From Adineta vaga (taxonomy: Eukaryota; Animalia; Rotifera), in the NCBI GenBank assembly GCA_021613535.1, contig CP075493.1, forward strand, positions 5,084,001 to 5,148,000: a DNA stretch of 64,000 nucleotides, given 5' to 3'. Position numbers and translations under genes: made by a program. Each line of letters starts with the position of its first letter. The stretch's first letter is position 1. The notes beneath the pieces were generated by a model. That model worked only from the letters and a program-made list of their open reading frames with translations. It was not told the DNA's origin and made no database searches. Shown piece after piece: positions 24,406 through 40,872 of this stretch.

Positions 24406-27226
24406 GATTGACAAAAAAAATTTTGGAAATGAAAGGAAACGTTCTAAACAGATAGTTTTTATTCAAAGAAGTACTGAATTATATTAGAGTCTATGTAAAA
24501 AGAACATTTATTGCTGATAAAGTTCTCTATGAAGAGCTCGTTAAATTTTTTCTTAATCTGCGCTTCTGTCAATTATTATGGAATTAAACATGTTTCTTAT
24601 CCAGTATTACAGATGTCAGGATAATTTACTATGATGAGCAAATTCCAGTGTATTTTACGCAGATTGCTAAAACTACGTATGTGAGATTTCTTTCGAGTAT
24701 TAAATTATTCAAATAGATCCATTTGTGACTAATACACTTCAGCAAATAATCTTTGGATTCAAGAAATGAATTTTTGTTAATGTAAGTTCAAATAAATGAA
24801 GAATTGCTATTACCTACTATAAAAGTTTCAAAAGTTTATTGGATGTGTGTGTTTTTTTATCGAGAATTTTATGTATCTTAATAGTTAGGGAATGAAAGTA
24901 CCGTATAAATGATCATGTAATCATTATTTACTTATTTCTAAGAGAGTGCATTTGGTTAGTAATCAAACAGACATTGACAGATTCTAGAATGAATCACGAT
25001 TAATTATCGAGTTATATCCAAAGTCTATTTCTTTCGGTACAAATCTCTTGAACACGTGTTTAAAAAATAGAAGTATATGAATCGAAATTGTCACGAGCGC
25101 AAAATACCATTAACTCAGTTTCGTATTAAATTAATTGACATTAATCAGGGCGTTTTGAAGTTTGTACTTCAATCAGTGTCATGATTGTTTTTCATGCTGC
25201 TCCTCTCTAGACAATAGAACGAATGTTCGTATCATTGTAATAGAATGTTTATTTAATAAATATATATATCTCAATAATATAAAAATGAGAATAGCTGAAA
25301 AACTTGTGAAAGTATTACTTTGGGGATTTATAGTGAATTTATTTCAAGTTGACGTGACATTGTACCTGAATTGATCACGACAGAACATGCGATATTACTT
25401 TGCAAAGGTTAACAAGAATGATCGATAGTAAATTTAATACAATCTGTATTGAATGTCAAGTATCTCTTGTACGAAAAATTAACATTGCATTGAATTCATG
25501 GTAAAGAAATATAGGCCACTGTGACAATAATTTTCCGTTTCGATCTTGGAATCTTTAAATGTGATATGCATTTGTGAGTAAATTCATTTGACATCATACA
25601 AAACAGTATGAATGAAACTATAGTTTTCAATTGATTGAATCTATTAAATTCTGTCAAATTCCCTAAAATTCAATTATAGTTGATAAAGAATAAATGTCAT
25701 TTGTCAATGATGCTGGTGTCGTCTTCATGTGTATTCCATATATCTTTCTACTTTTAGAATAACCATTGAATTCTCATAATTTCAATAAAAAGTACAGCAC
25801 TTTCTATTTACTAATTTTTTTAAAAATCATGATAGCCAATGTCAATCACAATACTTATTAATATCTGAACTATTTGAATAAGAGCGGCGATAAACTTTGT
25901 TTTCAAAAGATAAACGCACGCAATTAATTGACTATAGAAATAAAGAAAGGAACTGTTGAGGAAGCCCTAAGAAATCTATTAGCATAAGTTGAGTAGAAAG
26001 TCAAATCATTTGTGTTAGTATTTCATCGATCTCACAAGTTTTGAGTAAAATACAAATCAAATTGTTCAAAGAAAACAAAAGTTATCGAATGTTTATATGC
26101 AAAACAGCCACTTCCATTAACGCGTCATATTTTTCTTTATTCGTTGTTTGTGAAGATGATTTGCTTTTGCTTTTGATGCTGAAAATTTTATTGAGAGTTG
26201 CGTGAAAGTAACACACATAGTTTTGGCTTGAATAGGAAATATAGCACCTAACATGAGTTAATTAAGAATTGATGTCAAAATAAAACTGCTTAAAACACAA
26301 GATTATTATGCGTTCATAGTTGTATTCATTTGATTCCATGTTTCTCATAAATATCATTTTCGAGTACAATGGTCAAGGAGAAAGCATACTTATCAGCTGT
26401 ACTCGTTGCAATAATTGGGTCGTTGTTCATATTAAATGCCTGAAGTTCTTTGCAATGTATGTTAGACGTAATGTTACAAAATACTATTTGTTCTTGAAAA
26501 TTTTCCCATTGAATGGAAAAGATGCTATTTATTAACAAAATCATCACACGTTTCTAGTCGACACCAATATGTACGAACAGTTTCAGATATGATTCAATGA
26601 AACCAATGTCGTGCTAATCAAAATCCTCTAATCTACGCTATTCAATCCTGTATGTAGACATACCTAATAGGTATATTTTTCAGAAGAACTTTAGTCAAGA
26701 CTCATAACTTCGTTGAGGGTATGCTCAGTAGTGTTTAACTTGAATTGAAACTTGAGTTTTAAATTGAACAGAACTTTCAAGTTCTACATGTATGAAAGAA
26801 AAGTAGACTTAGCATGTTGTCAATCCTTTTTTCAGCCAATCATGCAATGTATAATTGCTTTCTAATTACAAACTTGTTTTCTTGTCTCGATAAATATGTC
26901 AAATTTAATTCAATGCAATTTGTCCGACAAACTCGTATAAAAAAAACAAACAGCAAAAATGAACACGTCATAAAAGATCATTATTTAACGTACAAGATTA
27001 TACAATACGTATAAAAACACGCACACACTGTTAAACAGACATTAAAAGTAATAAAACTACCAATTGATAAAAGAAAGAAGAAAACGTTATAAAAAAAAGA
27101 ATACAAGTTGCATTATTTATGATCTGCTTAATCCTGAGTTCATGAAAACGAAAAGCAAAACGTGAAATTATCTGAACGAAAAGAGCATTGTTTTAATGAA
27201 ATCATTAGATGTATGATATATATATT

Positions 27227-28575
27227 CTATATATAACGATCACGTTGTCGAAGATAACAAAGTAAACCAAGAGCAGCAACAATACAAAAACCCTAAAAAA
27301 TGTATTAAAAACATCTAAGTAATTCTCCAGATCAATATTTTTCTATGTTTATCATTCGACAAAACGATCGTTTCTATCAGTTTTTTTCTGATGATGTAAT
27401 CGATGCCTGTTACTTCACTTAGAAAATAATCAAACCCTAGAGAATAACTAGCCGTTTCTTATGTGTAGGGAAATCGCTTGATCAATTTCATATTTTCAAT
27501 TCACCAGTGACCTTTTTACACTTTTATTTTCTCTCATAGCAAAACGTACTCCTTACTAATCAACATAACTTACTTCAATAAAAACAAGAACAAATGCTAA
27601 AATTCCGACAATCATTAAATTTCGATTAATTTCCATTTGAATCATATTGAAACATCCCTAAGATTAAGAAAAAAACAATTCTTCATTCTAAACTTGATAA
27701 TTTTCTAGTATACATCAAGATAAATTAAACCAAACGTTTCATTAGCAGCAATCTGTTTTCCACAACCACTACTTTCTTCAATACAGCAAGAATCTGGTAC
27801 ATATGGATGACCTGTCCAAATTTTTGCATTAAACCAATCTTGATATTGATCAACACCACAACAACGAAGCTGAAAACGAAAATTTCTCAGCGTCTTTTTT
27901 TCTTATCACATCGAATCTTTTTCTCAACTTACTCGTTTTTGAATTGAGTTCATTGTTTTACGTGAATTTTTTGCATCTAAACCTTCATCTCCGGGATAAA
28001 ATTCAATGTTTTCAAACAATTCATTTCTTGCTGCCATTGCCACCTAAACGTAAATAACATGTACGATTTAATCTTAGGAAAAAAAACAGAATTTTACTCG
28101 TTCATTAAATGCAATAATAAATACAACTCCAAATAATAATCCCACAAAGATGACAATCATCGTTATAATATACTTTGAAATACAAAGCAAATAAAACTAG
28201 TTAATCAATCGAATAGTTTATATTTACAATAAATAAAAAGATTTTCTTTTCAAACCAAGCACCAGCACATCCAATAGCACCAAGTAACATCGAAAGTTTT
28301 GCTAAAAAAACAACAAACATTTCAAAACAGATTATTATGATCAAATTTATACCTGAGAATATTAATACAACAGGTGCAGTAAACCATGGATTTCCCATTA
28401 ATGGTCGATAATCAGCCGATTTAATATGTAACCACCAACTACAGACCACAATAGCAAAACCCAATGCCTAGAAAAATGTTCTGTTCTATCAAATCTCATT
28501 TAAAATTAAACTTACAAAAAAACACATGTTAATTATTGTAAATACACAACGAAATACCATGTAAGTCGACGACAT
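27227..28575 (-). CDS. Tetraspanin, multi-exon
   Basis: Four TM segments, GAIGCAGAW, IQKRLRCCG, VPDSCC and GCF large-loop cysteine signature. Confidence 0.9.
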
Positions 28576-28839
28576 TCTATAGCAGTTGATTAACAATAAC
28601 AAGTGTTCAATATGGATGAATGTGAATGAGCAATTGATCGATCGATCGATCAATAATCAAAAGTACCTGGCGAATGAACAGAAGAAAAAGAATTTGATAG
28701 AGGTCAGTGTTTATTTCATAGATAGAAAATGCTTCCTTGTGATTGGTTCGTTATTTTCGACTAACATCAACACAGATACAAAAACCTGAGAGAAGAAAAA
28801 AGGAATTATTGAAAAAATAAATTTTTTTTTGTTCTAATC

Positions 28840-31755
28840 ATGTCGGAAACAATTATGGATGAAGTTCCATCATCGAATGGTTTAATCACAACAGAAGGCA
28901 ATGTATTAGTTGAAGAATCCGGTGTTAAACATGAAGATGAAGAAACGTGGCTATATGGAAAACCAAAACTTGAAGAAAATGCGTAAGCTTATAGGAGAAT
29001 GGTGTAAGATTTCATTGCTATATTATTCTTTTATGTTTAGTGATTCAGCAACAGCATCATCAATCGATGAAGTAACGACGCAAGATATTGATACGAAAGT
29101 ATGTGAAAGATTTAATAAATTTCGATTTTATATAATAATCTATGCTACTGTAATGCATTTTGAACATATGTAAATGTTGTTGTTGATGATGATAATGATG
29201 TAACAGTTAAGAATGAAATTGTTCTGCGATTGATGAATAAGTCAGTTGTGAATTCGAGACATTATCTTTAGTATTTTTAATATGACGATTATATTAACTC
29301 TTTGCAATGATAGAATAGCAAATTGGCTATTTTCTAACATATTCGTTAAATATATGAAGATTATATGTTAAACTTTTGAAAATCTTCTTCGTAGGAACAA
29401 GTAACAGTACCATTACAAACAAATCCAACAGCAGCATTGTTACTTGGCAGTCAAATTGATGATGATTCCGATGATGATGATGATGATGGAATTCAAGTAA
29501 CAATTGGAAATATTAAATCAGGTGCAGCTATTTTTCCACCAGCTCGACAAAACAGTAGAACGACAATACCATGTAAATAAATATTTTCATTACTATTCAT
29601 TTAATTCATCTTCTATTAATTCTAGCTGGTCCAGTCATTCCACCTAAACCACAAGTTACACGTGGTATTGATTTAGATGCTCAAGGTATGATCAATGGAC
29701 AATCAACATATGAACACGATTTAATGAATGCATATAAAGATGAAGAAAAACCATGGAAAAAACCAGGTTAGACAAACAAATTTCTTGATGTTTTACATCG
29801 AATGACGAGATACGTTTTTCTTCTAGGTGCGGATATAAGTGATTATTTCAATTATGGTTTTACTGAAGAAACATGGGCACAATATTGTGATCGACAACGA
29901 CGCTTACGAGCAGATAATAATCTAGCTCGTCTAAATGCTACACATGTATATGTTCGATTTTCTTTTCAAATACAAGAATAAACTTTTATTTTTAGATGCC
30001 ACAAATGCCACCGATGATGCCAGGTCATCCACCTATGATGCATCCAATGAATCCACATCCAGCAATGATGATGAATAAACCTCCAATGAATATGCCAATT
30101 ATGCAAAGACCATTTATGAATGTTCGAAAACCGGATGGAAAGATTGATGTTATTGGTAAGTTGAATATTTCATTAAAATATCAGAGTCAAATTTGCTTTC
30201 TTTTTATATTCAGGCGCTACCGATCAAACATCACGTCGACCCATGTTTGAAGCACCTAATGCTTTTGAACATATACCATTTATGAACGGTCCTCCATTGT
30301 ACGTTGTATATTTTTCCTTACAATTCTCAATGCTTTGTAACTGACTATGTAAATTTTTTATTTCAGTCCTGGTGGTCAACAGCCTAATAATCAAACAGTA
30401 GGTGATCTTGTTACTCCGCCACCAACATCCAACGGTCCGCCACCATCACATGGAACACCACCTGGAGGTAATCATCCCATTCCAACACTTGGTGCACCTC
30501 GAATGGCAATGATACCACCACCTGGTATGCAATTTCGACCACAATTTGGTCATCCACATGCACCTGGTGCACCGCAATTTTTTCCACATGGACCCGGTGG
30601 AGCTATGCATGGCGAAAGGTAATCATTGTTTTCTTATTCACTTCAGATCTTTATACGAATTTATTTTAGACCTCCACAACCTTATTTTATACCTCATCAT
30701 CCACAACAACCATGGGATAAGTGAGATGTCTATTTATTTAGTCAATATTTTCATCATACTTTTATTTCTAAAATAGACCTGGTGGACCTCCGGTACATGG
30801 TTTTCCACCTGGACATTTTCCTCCTCAAGCATCAATGCCCGGTAATACTGGAAATGGTAGACCAACTTCCAGTCGAAGTCCAACACCTGAAGATCATTCT
30901 TCACGTAGTTCAACACCAGAAGAAAATCGTCCTAGTGGAAATGGCAGTGGTATTGGTGGTGACAATGATAAATCATCAAAAGATGACCGATACAAGGATA
31001 GATATAGGTACAAGATATTTGTTAAGAAAAAGAAAATATTTATTTTGTTTTCTAAAATATTTCTTATTTTAGAGATGATCGTGAACATTATTCATCATCC
31101 CGTCGTCGTCCATCGCCTAAAGATCGTTCGTCATCGTCGTATCGTTCTCGGCATCGAAGTGGTGATCATGAATATGAACGACCAAGAGGTGATCGAAAAT
31201 CATCACGTGATCGAGATGATAAATATGAACGTTACTCACGAAAGTAAAAAGACTTCTTTATCGATATGTATACTTGTATAGTTGTTTATTTTCATTCTAG
31301 ACGACATCATCGAGATGATAGTGGACGTCATCATCGCGGCGGTGGTGGTGATGATGATCCATCTCGTGTCCATCGCTTCTCGTCGTACACCACCAAAGAA
31401 TTTTTCATCACCACCAAAAGTACTCGTACCTAATTCAACACTAGAACCTTCTCAAATATCAACAGAACATTCTGAATCAACAGAAAATGATCAATCATCA
31501 AATACAATTACATCAACAACTAATTCAATGATTCCAACATCAGCATCATCACCAAACAGTCGATCACGCCGCGAGGATTCAGAACGTTCATCGTCACGTC
31601 ATGGTCATCATAAAAAATCTTCAAAACGTTCACGGCGTGATAGTGGTGATGAACGTAGTCATCATCGACGTTCAAAAGACAAATCTAGTAGCAGTAAAAA
31701 ATCAGCAACTCAAGCAGAAACATCATCAGATGTGAAAGAACAACTTAACGAATAA
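28840..31755 (+). CDS. FIP1L1: Pre-mRNA 3'-end processing factor FIP1, multi-exon, apparent +1 frameshift near 31376
   Basis: Fip1 motif [32 protein letters not shown], acidic N-terminus, Pro-rich middle, R/D/S-rich tail. Confidence 0.92.
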
Positions 31756-31908
31756 AAGAAATAAATATGTATTAATGTTTTCTTTTTTTTCTTTTCTTTT
31801 GTCATGTAAATTTTTTTCTATTGTGGTCGTTCGATTCTCTAAATACCTTGGAGAAGAAAAGATTAAATAGATCTAATTGTTCTAGATAAACATATACATA
31901 TATATCAT

Positions 31909-33291
31909 ATGGCCAGCCCACGTACTCAGTCGGTTTTGAAAGATCTGAAATTGAAAGATGATAATAAAATTTGTTTCGAATGTGGAGCATTGAATCCACA
32001 ATGGGTTTCAGTTTCATATGGTAAGAAATGAAAATATATCTGAAGTCGTTGTTTAATGAATTATTCTTGTTTAGGTATTTTTATTTGTCTCGAATGTTCT
32101 GGTAAACATCGTGGTCTAGGTGTTCATTTATCATTTGTTCGATCGATTACAATGGATAAATGGAAAGATCTTGAATTAGAAAAGATGAAAGTTGGTGGAA
32201 ATCGACCAGCAAAAGAATTCTTTGCTACTCAATCGGATTATGATCCAACTACAATGAGTTTACAACAACGTTATAATACCCGTGCTGCTGCACTCTATCG
32301 AGATAAAATTAGTACTGAAGCACGTGGACAAACTTGGTCAATTGATACTTCTTCCGCACAAACTTATACATCTTCTTACGTGCCATCAAGGACTGAAAAA
32401 TCAGCAAAAGTAAACGGAGCAAAACGTTTCTATAAAACATAAACCGAATGATTTCATTTAGGAAGCATCATCCGAATGGACAGAATTTAAATCTTCAACG
32501 GATCAACATGAAAATTATGATGGTTATCAAAATAGTAATTCAAATGAACAAAAACCTCCATCCGGTTTAGGTAGTGGAAATCCGAAATATTGGGGTCATG
32601 GAAATACAAATTATGATGCATCATCTCAATCACAACCGTCGAATCAAGAATTACTTGCTTCATCCATATCGAATTTAAGTACAAATGCAGCAAAATGGGC
32701 TGGTTTCGCAAAAACATCTGTTTTTAAATTTTCGAAAACTGCTGCAGATAAAGCAACTGAATTAACATCGAAGGTAAGCGAACAAGCCAAAGATGGTACA
32801 TTAATGAATAATGTACAATCAGGTGTGACTAATGTGGCATCTACAGTTGGCAAATTCGGTACAAAAACATGGTCGGATATGCAATCATTATGGTCTGGAA
32901 ATGATCATCAGTCGACTAATCCATCTCCATCAAATACGGTAAGTACTGAATAAAAATAAATCAATTCAAATCAAATTCAAGTCTTTAGGATGATTGGTCT
33001 TCGTATCAGCAATCGTCTTCTTCTTCCACAACAGCAACGAAAGATGCGCATAATTCCGGTGATCAAAATTTTCCAACTCGTTATTCTCAATCTGATTTTG
33101 ATTCATGGGGTAATCATGAATCAAAACCATCTGTGAAAAAACCTGATAGTAATCTCAAATCAACCGTTGAAAACATATCAAAAAAAGAAGAGCAACAAAA
33201 ACCAGCAGCATCGAATCTTATTAATTTCGATGATGACAAATGGGCTGCTCATGATGATGATGCTGGATGGGAATCAATCGATACAAAATAA
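31909..33291 (+). CDS. ARFGAP1: ADP-ribosylation factor GTPase-activating protein 1
   Basis: MASPRT...[48 protein letters not shown]; ALPS-like C-terminal region ending DDDAGWESI. Confidence 0.95.
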
Positions 33292-33894
33292 TTCAAACGA
33301 AAAACCAAACGCATATAATCTCTAATTTCTTTTTCTCGTGTGACCAAACTTATTTTTACATTTGTTACAAGTTTATTTTCGTTGTGATTTTATTATCTAT
33401 AAATACACAGTTTGCAAAATCACTAAGTAAATCATATCAATCAAATTAAAATAGTTACATTTTTCTTATCATATTTGAATACGGTTATCTGCACCTGTAT
33501 TAATTTACAAATAATAGAAAGAAACACTCAATATTAGAGAAGGTAGCATTTATGGTATCAAGGTCGTACATCAATATAATTGATTTTAAAAATGATAACA
33601 TCGTAAAAGAGAAGAAAGACGTAAAATCGCGAAGGGTGTGTCACGATCGATAGAAATAAGGCGAGTATGAATAGATCAAATAGTTGCATTTCAACATTTT
33701 ATCACGTCGATTATCTAGAAATTTGTTCTTAAAAATCGAGAAAGAAAATATTGTAGCTCTTATCTAATGAAATATAAATGTGAACAAAATACTAATCGAA
33801 TTGGATAGATTCGAACGAACGAACGAAAATGAATATATGTACAGGTGGACGATGCTTATCACAAAAGTTTTTTCACATACAGTCATTTCATTTG

Positions 33895-33933
33895 TATATA
33901 TATATATATATATATATATGGAGAGAGAGAGAG
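33895..33933. repeat. Compound (TA)n-(GA)n microsatellite upstream of TDO2
   Basis: Direct dinucleotide runs. Confidence 0.85.
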
Positions 33934-34062
33934 ATAGAAACATGCGTGTCATATTATCCCATTCTTCGTATATTCAAGGGCATGCGTATTTCTTTCCCTT
34001 CTTCTCGAATTGTAGAATTATATCGTTTAATAATTTCTTTATTTTCTTCTTTTCCCTAGAAA

Positions 34063-35725
<1,663 letters not shown>

Positions 35726-36118
35726 TTATTTGTTAAGATATTAACAAACATGAAACTTTCATTTTTGCTTTTCTTTTCTTTATTTATCAAGCATCTCTGA
35801 TTCTTTCGTTTGTATAATATTTAGTTCTTTTAAAATAAAAGAATAAATAGAACACACGAATTTTCATTTTCAGTTTTTTTCAAAATACATCGTGGGTAAA
35901 TACTATTGAGATAAAAAAAATGTTACTTCGTAAATTGTCTTATGATAAGAAATATGTACAGATGGTACGGATTAATCGTGAGTATGTGAAATAAGTCGAA
36001 CAAACTAGCTGTTAGATAAACAAAAGATCTGTGCTGAGTGCGTAACTCGATGAGATATTTTGAACATTAATTTTTGTTTCATGAAAAAATAGAGTCATAT
36101 ACAAAATGAAGTGGATCA

Positions 36119-38277
36119 TTAAGTTGAGGAAGTCGCAGTAATTTGCGGTAGTTTTAGTATATTCGTTGTATTTGTACTACTTCTTGATTCTGATGTTTTG
36201 TTTGGTGTTCTATGGTTAGTTTGAGTAACGAAAACATTGTTTGTATCATCACGATCAGAATTCATTGGATGTTCATCGATTTCGATTCGAGTGCTAAAAG
36301 AAATAAATGAGAAATCTCTTCTGATAGTAAATATAAGTATTGTGTTATTTACTTTTGCATTGATAGATCTGCTACACTAGATTTACGTGTATTCATTCGT
36401 AAGAATAATGCTCGGAGTACTTGTTCTTTTTGTTCCCAAGTTAAATCACCAAAATCAATTTCAGGACCAAGATTTGTCCTGAAAATAAAATGACATCATT
36501 TTGTGGATATGAAAAGTTCATCACACTCTGTTCTCCTTTTTTCTATCTGCATATTCAAAATCGTTCATACAAAATTTTTTCATATGAAAATATTTACCAT
36601 TTCGTCGCTTCTTCTAAATCATGAAAAACACTATTCGTACTACATCCAGGAAATGTTTCATTAAATGTTCGAATTTTCGGATAATCTCCTTGTCCATGAT
36701 GAGCATTTAACATTCGATTTTGATAAGCATTGAATGCATCTTTTCTATATTGTGCACGATTGAAAGCAATCTGTTTTTTCACATGTTGTAAAGCATCCAA
36801 AAAGAATGTTTCCAATTCTGAACGTTGTTCAATAATGATTTTTGCTAATTTTTTTACTTTAATCATTTCTTTAGTTTTTGATTCTAAATTACGTTGAAGT
36901 CGAACAATTTCATTTCGTGATGATTCATGAAGACGATGTGATTTTTCAATCAGCTGTTTTCGTTCAACATCAAATTCATCAATAAATTGTGTTAAGGACG
37001 TTTCTAATAGTTGAATTTTTTCTTTTAACTAATAAATAACAAAGAAAAAACGTATAAGAATTCCTTTTTTTTGAAGGCATGTTTACTTCTTTAATTGTTT
37101 GATCTTGTTTTTGTATTTGTTCAACTTTTTCTTTGATTAAGATCTCATTCAATTCTTTATCACCGGATGCTCGAGAAATTAATCTTGTTAATTGATCTTT
37201 CGTTTTTTGTAATCGAAGAAATTCTTGTTGATAGACTCGAATAGTTTCGATTAATTCACCATTTTCTCGATATACATTACGACTTGTTTCAGCCAAACTC
37301 CTACGAAAACAAAGAGAAGAATAAATTGAAATGTTTTGTGATCTACTTTAAAGCTTCTTCTTGTGCACGAGCAGCGATTTCTTCGATTTTTTCACTTGAT
37401 TCTTGTTGAAGACGTATTCGTTCTTCGAAAAATTTCTGTTCTAATTTTTGTAATGTTTCTTTATGTTCTCTCTCGTTGATAAATGTTGCATCTTTAATCT
37501 ACAACGAAAATGTTTCTTCAAAATAAAAAAGAAGAAAAAAATCTACGAACATCTTCAAGTTCTTTTTGCATTTGTGTTTTTCGTTTTCGAAGATCTTGTG
37601 CATCGTTCAATTCTCGACGAGTTGTTTCAAGTTCGCTCTCTTTTCGAGAGATTTTTTCATCGACTTTACGTTTTTGACGAGTAAAATGAGCAACCTAATA
37701 AAACAAATAACGGGAATTGTTGAAATGATTTTTATATTCGAGAGAAACAAACTAATTCATCTTTATTCTTTCGATGTTCCATCTTTAGAAATTGAACTTC
37801 TTGTTGTAAACGATCGATCTAGAATTTATGAGGAATATATATATATATAACATTGTAACTGATTATTCATTACTTCAGCATCTTTGTTCGTATCTCGTTT
37901 TTTAATATAAGTAACAACTTCAATTGTATCCTGTTCCGTTTGACGCATATCATCACGTAAAGCTTCATTTTCATAAGCTATATTATTAGCTATATCACTA
38001 TTCGATAGAAAAGAATATGTTATAGAAGAAAAACAAAATTTGGAAATAGATTTATCTATCGAACCGATAATGTCTTTTGGATAATTCGGTAAGATGAAGT
38101 TGAGCTTCCCATAGATTTGAATTATGTATACCATCTTTAATAGCGGCTTCTTCTTTAGCTTTTGCTTTTTTACTAAAATGAATACTATTAAAATATTCAT
38201 TTGAATGAACATATAATTTACCCTTTCTTTCCTTTTTTGCCTTTGCCACCACCTTTTCCTTTGCCTTTTTTCGGCAT
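36119..38277 (-). CDS. BBOF1: Basal body orientation factor 1 (CCDC176), multi-exon
   Basis: MPKKGKGK...NSNLWEAQL..TELS, LAKIIIEQRSELETFFLDALQHVKKQI, TNSVFHDLEEA, DLTWEQKEQVLRALFLRMN. Confidence 0.88.
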
Positions 38278-38636
38278 GATTTATTTCTAAAAAACAAACT
38301 CAATAAGGAAAATGAATTTTAATTTTTCAAAATTTCATCGCCATTTCCACTCGATTTCATTCCGATAGAATCAGCAACAGCCTCTGTTCTCTCAGTTGAG
38401 TTTCACTCGTAGACAGATGTCAGTCGATGATGATCGTTCAAGTCACCATGTGTAAACAATAATTACCTTGAAAACTGATCATTAACTCGACAAATATTGA
38501 CAAACTTTATATTGATCTTTAAAGTCGAACAGAAGTAAAAGATCTCTTGTTAGATTTATTATCAATCGTTCGGTCGTCGAGACAACTTGTCATGCTTGTA
38601 TGTTACTCTAAAATTGTTTAGCATAATCGTCTTTTA

Positions 38637-38658
38637 CTCTCTCTCTCTCTCTCTCTCT
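38637..38658. repeat. (CT)n microsatellite in divergent promoter region
   Basis: Direct dinucleotide run. Confidence 0.8.
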
Positions 38659-38902
38659 CCCATTCCTGTCATTTGTTTTACTCTGTATGATTAAATAGAA
38701 TAACAACATTAGTAAACGATTGGTAGTGTTACAAAAAAGCAAGCAAGCAACAACAACGAGAAGAAGAAAAACGGTTTCTTTCACTCGCTTCTCCTTCTTC
38801 TTCTCCTCCTCCCTTCTTACAGGATTTTCACACAACGCAAAATTCTCGTGGTCGTTTAATTTTTTTGTCAAGTGTTTATTTTTTTACGTGTGTGTATATC
38901 AA

Positions 38903-40410
38903 ATGAAGCAGAAAACTTCGAAACGATTGAGTTCTAATAAACAACAACAAAACAATACTTCCTCACAAAATCAAACAAGTCGTTTATCGAATTCACCGAA
39001 TAAAACTAATCTACATACTGAAACGAATTGCTTCTGATTTGAATACATCATCTTGTAAAGCAAATATATTATTAAAAAGTCAAAAATTACTCAAACGAGA
39101 TCTACTACGTTGTAGTGATCAACGACCATCACAACTTGGTTCACATACTTTACAAACATCACGTATTCGTCATGAATCACAACAAACACAACCATCAACA
39201 TCATCATCTTCTTCTTTCAATCAGGGATTATTACGCCGTCGTCGATCTCTATCAGCTGATCCTTATCTTTTACATACGACAAATGAGCGAATAGGACCCT
39301 GGCTAGATATTCCAGCATTTCGTATTGCTTCAGCTGGAAATGATTCATTAAATCCAATGAAAACATATCGTACTATGAAAAATTCTCGTGTTTTTTCACC
39401 AAAATATTATGCATCATTGATGAATAATACCGGTAAATTCAAATATCATACATCATCTGAAACTTATATTAATGAATATCGAAAAAAAAAAGGTTATTTA
39501 CTTAGTACACATAAAACATCAAAAGTTCTTCCTCAACTATTACCAACACAAGCATGTGATGATGAACAACTTTCTACTATAGAAACACTTAATGAGAAAG
39601 CTAGTGGTAATGATGCATCTGAACATCAAAATGATGCAACGACTGAACGAACTATCATTTCGACAAGTGATCGATTAACTGCATCAACAACGGATCTATC
39701 ATCTAGACAAAATCCATTAATGAAATCAACGAATAGTTTTGCTGATCAACCCAATATTCCACCATCAATACCAAGTCTTACAAAAGCTGTCAATGAAGCG
39801 TCTAATATGAGTAATTTTTCCACAGTCGCTTTTCGTAATACTCAACTTCGAGCAATGCGCCATTCAAATCATCATCATCATCATCATCATTCGAATCAAC
39901 AACATCAAACGGTTATATTACCACCATTAAATTCATCACTTCAATATCTGAGTAGTATGAATTCACTTGATAGATTCTATTCGCATAGTAATAGAAAACC
40001 ATCCATGCAAAATCATCAAAAATGCTTTCTTATTGAAGGAAGAAACAAGAAAAGGTATGAGTAAATATCTAACTATACGTATGTATATATTGATCTTCTC
40101 TCCGAAAATATCATTTCAGTTATGTAAATCAGAATAAGAATCCACCTCGTATAAATAGTGATGAGGTATACTTGTGTGCATTGATTTTCAACTAATAAGT
40201 TATCTAACAATCTTGATAACGTATATATTTATATATATATGTACATTTATGTTTATTTTTTAGGTTGCGTCTCGTTCGCAAGATTACTCTGACCTTCAAG
40301 CAACCGGTAGTCCAGTGCTAAGAACAACTCAACGAACAGCAGCGTTAGTCGTTTATCGATTACCACGTCAATCAGCAACAATAGTCACTAGTCAAAATAA
40401 TTTAAGATAA
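38903..40410 (+). CDS. Uncharacterised Ser/Thr/Gln/His-rich disordered protein, three exons, apparent +1 frameshift near 39021
   Basis: ATG 38903 ORF runs into the 341-aa ORF in another frame (HTE-[a]-RIASDLN); two downstream exons splice in phase to TAA 40408-40410. Confidence 0.6.
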
Positions 40411-40872
40411 TTCAATGAAATACTGATGAGAATTGAGTTATGATATTGTTTTTATTGTGAAAGATTTTTTATTTGTAATATGAATATTGTTGTTCAGATG
40501 AACTAAATTAATTGAGTTTATTTTAGTAGATGAAGAAAAAGAAATGAAGAGATTTGAAATAAAACATACATTTCTTAATTTCAACTATACAAGGATGTCG
40601 CAAGATGTCAGCCTCAGAAATTTTTCTTTTTCTCTTCTTCCCGTTCTCTCTGTTTCCTATTGGTCAATAATTTTGACGTGAGGAGAAAAAAAAGGGTAAA
40701 GAAAGAACAATAACAACAAACAACAAATAACATTTCTTCGTTCCTTCGTTTTCGTCTTGTAAATCTCTGTGCATTTAATCATCTGTCATCGTTTGATATT
40801 TTGTTACCTTTTTCTAGTCGAATTAAATCAATCACGTATATTTATTGAATAAAAAGAAAAATTTCGTTCACC

